A stretch of DNA of 26,770 nucleotides, from IMG/VR virus record IMGVR_UViG_3300033516_000054, positions 1-26,770 of that record, one strand, 5' to 3'. The notes under the pieces are model-generated. The model saw nothing but the letters and a program-made list of their open reading frames with translations, was not told the DNA's origin and made no database searches. The position numbers and the translations under genes are program-made. Positions 24,880 through 26,770 of this stretch are shown piece after piece (within the stretch, counting starts at the first letter, position 1; every line of letters begins with the position of its first letter). The stretch comes from a virus. Lineage: Duplodnaviria > Caudoviricetes.

Positions 24880-24890
24880 AGGAGTAAGCT

Positions 24891-26770
24891 ATGACCATTC
24901 GCGTAAAACACCCATTCAACTCCAGCAAAGCAGACGGCACGGACGCAACGCAAGTCCAGCCTAGCCACTGGAACGCAGACCACACCTTGCAAATGACCGG
25001 CCCTGCGCTGGTGGGCCGTGAGGCAGGCACACTGGGCGATGCCTCAGAAATAACGCTTGGCTCCGGTTTGACGCTGGCAGGCGGAGTGCTGTCTGCTACT
25101 GGCGGAGGAGGAGGTTCTGCTATTGAGGTCATGGAGGAAGGCACCAGCCTGACCGCAGCCCTGACGCGACTCAACTTTGTGGGCGCATCCGTCACAGCAT
25201 CAGCCGTATCTGGAGCGGTAACTGTTGATGTAACAGGCGGAGGCGGTGGTGCTACCAACCTTACGCAAAGCACTACCGCAACAAGCGTTACCGTGCTGTC
25301 CGATACAGGCACTGACGCAACTATTGGTGGGGCTACCGGCTCTGTTGCCGGTGTCATGGTCGCTGCTGATAAGACAAAGCTGGATGGCATCGCCACTGCC
25401 GCTACTGCCAACGCCACGGATGCAGCCTTGCGTGACCGTACAACGCATACAGGCTCTCAAGCCATTGCAACCGTCACAGGCCTGCAAACCGCGCTCGACG
25501 GCAAACAAACCGCCGGTACCTATGCCACTGGCACAGGCTCTGCGGAAGGCGTAAACACCGGAGACCAGACCAACATCACCGGCAACGCTGGCACAGCCAC
25601 GGCTCTCTCCGCTGGCGCTGACCGCACCAAACTGGACGGCATTGCCGCAGGAGCCACAGCAAACGCAGCAGACGCAACGCTGCTGAACCGCGCAAACCAC
25701 ACTGGTACGCAACTGGCTGCAACCATTGGCGACAGCACTACCGTGGGGCGCTCTTTGCTGACTGCGGCTGACGTTTACGCTGCTCAGTCCGCGCTGGGGG
25801 TGACTTCGCAGAACCTTGACCGCGACACCGGCTCCAACATCCTCAAGAACGCCGCTGCACTGGCAACTGATGCTGCCAACTGGACTACGGTAGGAACTCT
25901 GGCGGGCTGGGCGTTTGGCGCAGGCGGCATTGTCGGCACCGCAGGCACTCAGGCAGGGCAGAGTTTCAGCGAAAACATTTACCTGACCAGCCACAAGACA
26001 CTCTCTCATGCCTTCAAGGTATCGGCAAAGTGGACGATGCAATCAGCTACGGGTGTTGCCAACATCATGGGGCCGCGCATTGGTGTGTACTGCGCTGCCA
26101 ACCCATCGCGCAGCATGCAGGTCATGCTCAACTGCTCCAACGACTCCGGTTCTGGTCGTGTGCGCCTCTACAACAACGGCAACCCCTACGTTGATGAAGG
26201 CCGTGGCATGCTGCCCTGCACGGCAGGCGACTTGATGGAAACCGACCTGACAGTGGACGGCACCTTGCTGACTGCTGTTGTGCGTAATATCACGCGGAGT
26301 CTTGAGGTTTGGATTTCCTACCGCTTCGTCAACAACACCAACGCATCCAGCTTCCAGTTGAATGCAGTTGCCAGCCTGACGGTGGGCCAGCATGGTATTG
26401 GTAGCTTTACCGTGTCCGAGATCGCTTTCACATCGTTGGAGCAAAACCGCCCTGATGTGCTGGTTATGGGTGACTCCATTTCCACCGGCTCATTCGCTGG
26501 CTTGGCTGGAAACTCTTGGCCTGAAATCGTGGCACGCCGCTGGCCTGACCGCAAGTTCACACGGTTCTCTGGCCCCGGCTCCACCATGTTGGAGTTCAAC
26601 AACGCCAGCCAGCTTGCAGAATTGCAACGCCTGCGCCCTCGCGTGGCTCTGATGCTGATTGGATTCAATGACACGGCGGCAGGTATCGGTGCAATGCAGA
26701 CCCGCTATGCCACTCTGGTGACTGCGTTGAAATCTGTGGGCACCATCATCCTGCACTGCGGAGTCACACC
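24891..26770 (+). CDS. Tail fibre/tailspike with SGNH/GDSL hydrolase domain (3' partial; not in the ORF track)
   Basis: AAGGAG SD; open from ATG 24891 to the window end; MTIRVKHPF..QPSHWNADH, two D(K/R)TKLDGIA..ATAN..D..L..R..HTG.Q fibre repeats, beta-sandwich-like region, VLVMGDSIS (GDS at 26469-26477) and LIGFND (GFND from 26661). Confidence 0.88.
   Translation, partial: MTIRVKHPFNSSKADGTDATQVQPSHWNADHTLQMTGPALVGREAGTLGDASEITLGSGLTLAGGVLSATGGGGGSAIEVMEEGTSLTAALTRLNFVGASVTASAVSGAVTVDVTGGGGGATNLTQSTTATSVTVLSDTGTDATIGGATGSVAGVMVAADKTKLDGIATAATANATDAALRDRTTHTGSQAIATVTGLQTALDGKQTAGTYATGTGSAEGVNTGDQTNITGNAGTATALSAGADRTKLDGIAAGATANAADATLLNRANHTGTQLAATIGDSTTVGRSLLTAADVYAAQSALGVTSQNLDRDTGSNILKNAAALATDAANWTTVGTLAGWAFGAGGIVGTAGTQAGQSFSENIYLTSHKTLSHAFKVSAKWTMQSATGVANIMGPRIGVYCAANPSRSMQVMLNCSNDSGSGRVRLYNNGNPYVDEGRGMLPCTAGDLMETDLTVDGTLLTAVVRNITRSLEVWISYRFVNNTNASSFQLNAVASLTVGQHGIGSFTVSEIAFTSLEQNRPDVLVMGDSISTGSFAGLAGNSWPEIVARRWPDRKFTRFSGPGSTMLEFNNASQLAELQRLRPRVALMLIGFNDTAAGIGAMQTRYATLVTALKSVGTIILHCGVT

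Noticed and set aside
111-26756. Numerous long minus-strand and alternative-frame ORFs in the track (e.g. 2932-3861, 7489-8286, 16086-16793, 25200-26042)
   Set aside because: They shadow well-supported + strand genes with biased codon usage and show no recognisable motifs.

Overview
This window is the morphogenesis half of a tailed dsDNA phage with podovirus-type (P22/T7-like short-tail) organisation. All supported genes are on the + strand. The order is: a G-rich putative packaging region, small and large terminase, portal, free-standing HNH-AP2 endonuclease, scaffold, decoration-like protein, major capsid, free-standing GIY-YIG endonuclease, two adaptor-like proteins, a tail-fibre/glycine-rich adhesin module, a lysis module (M15 peptidase endolysin and holin), a tail nozzle, internal/ejection proteins, a truncated gene remnant, and a second tail fibre with an SGNH esterase domain that runs off the window end. 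Three signals stand out. (1) A perfect bacterial chromosomal parS site (TGTTTCACGTGAAACA, 117-132) lies in a predicted promoter upstream of the terminase genes. (2) A 16-bp palindrome TGCTWAC-NN-GTWAGCA occurs seven times at gene boundaries. It overlaps predicted promoters, supplies the stop codons of terL and both homing endonucleases, and brackets small inserts in pairs. (3) A patch of atypical synonymous codons at the 3' end of the capsid gene sits beside the GIY-YIG gene. Product calls come from motif recognition and synteny only; no database search was run.
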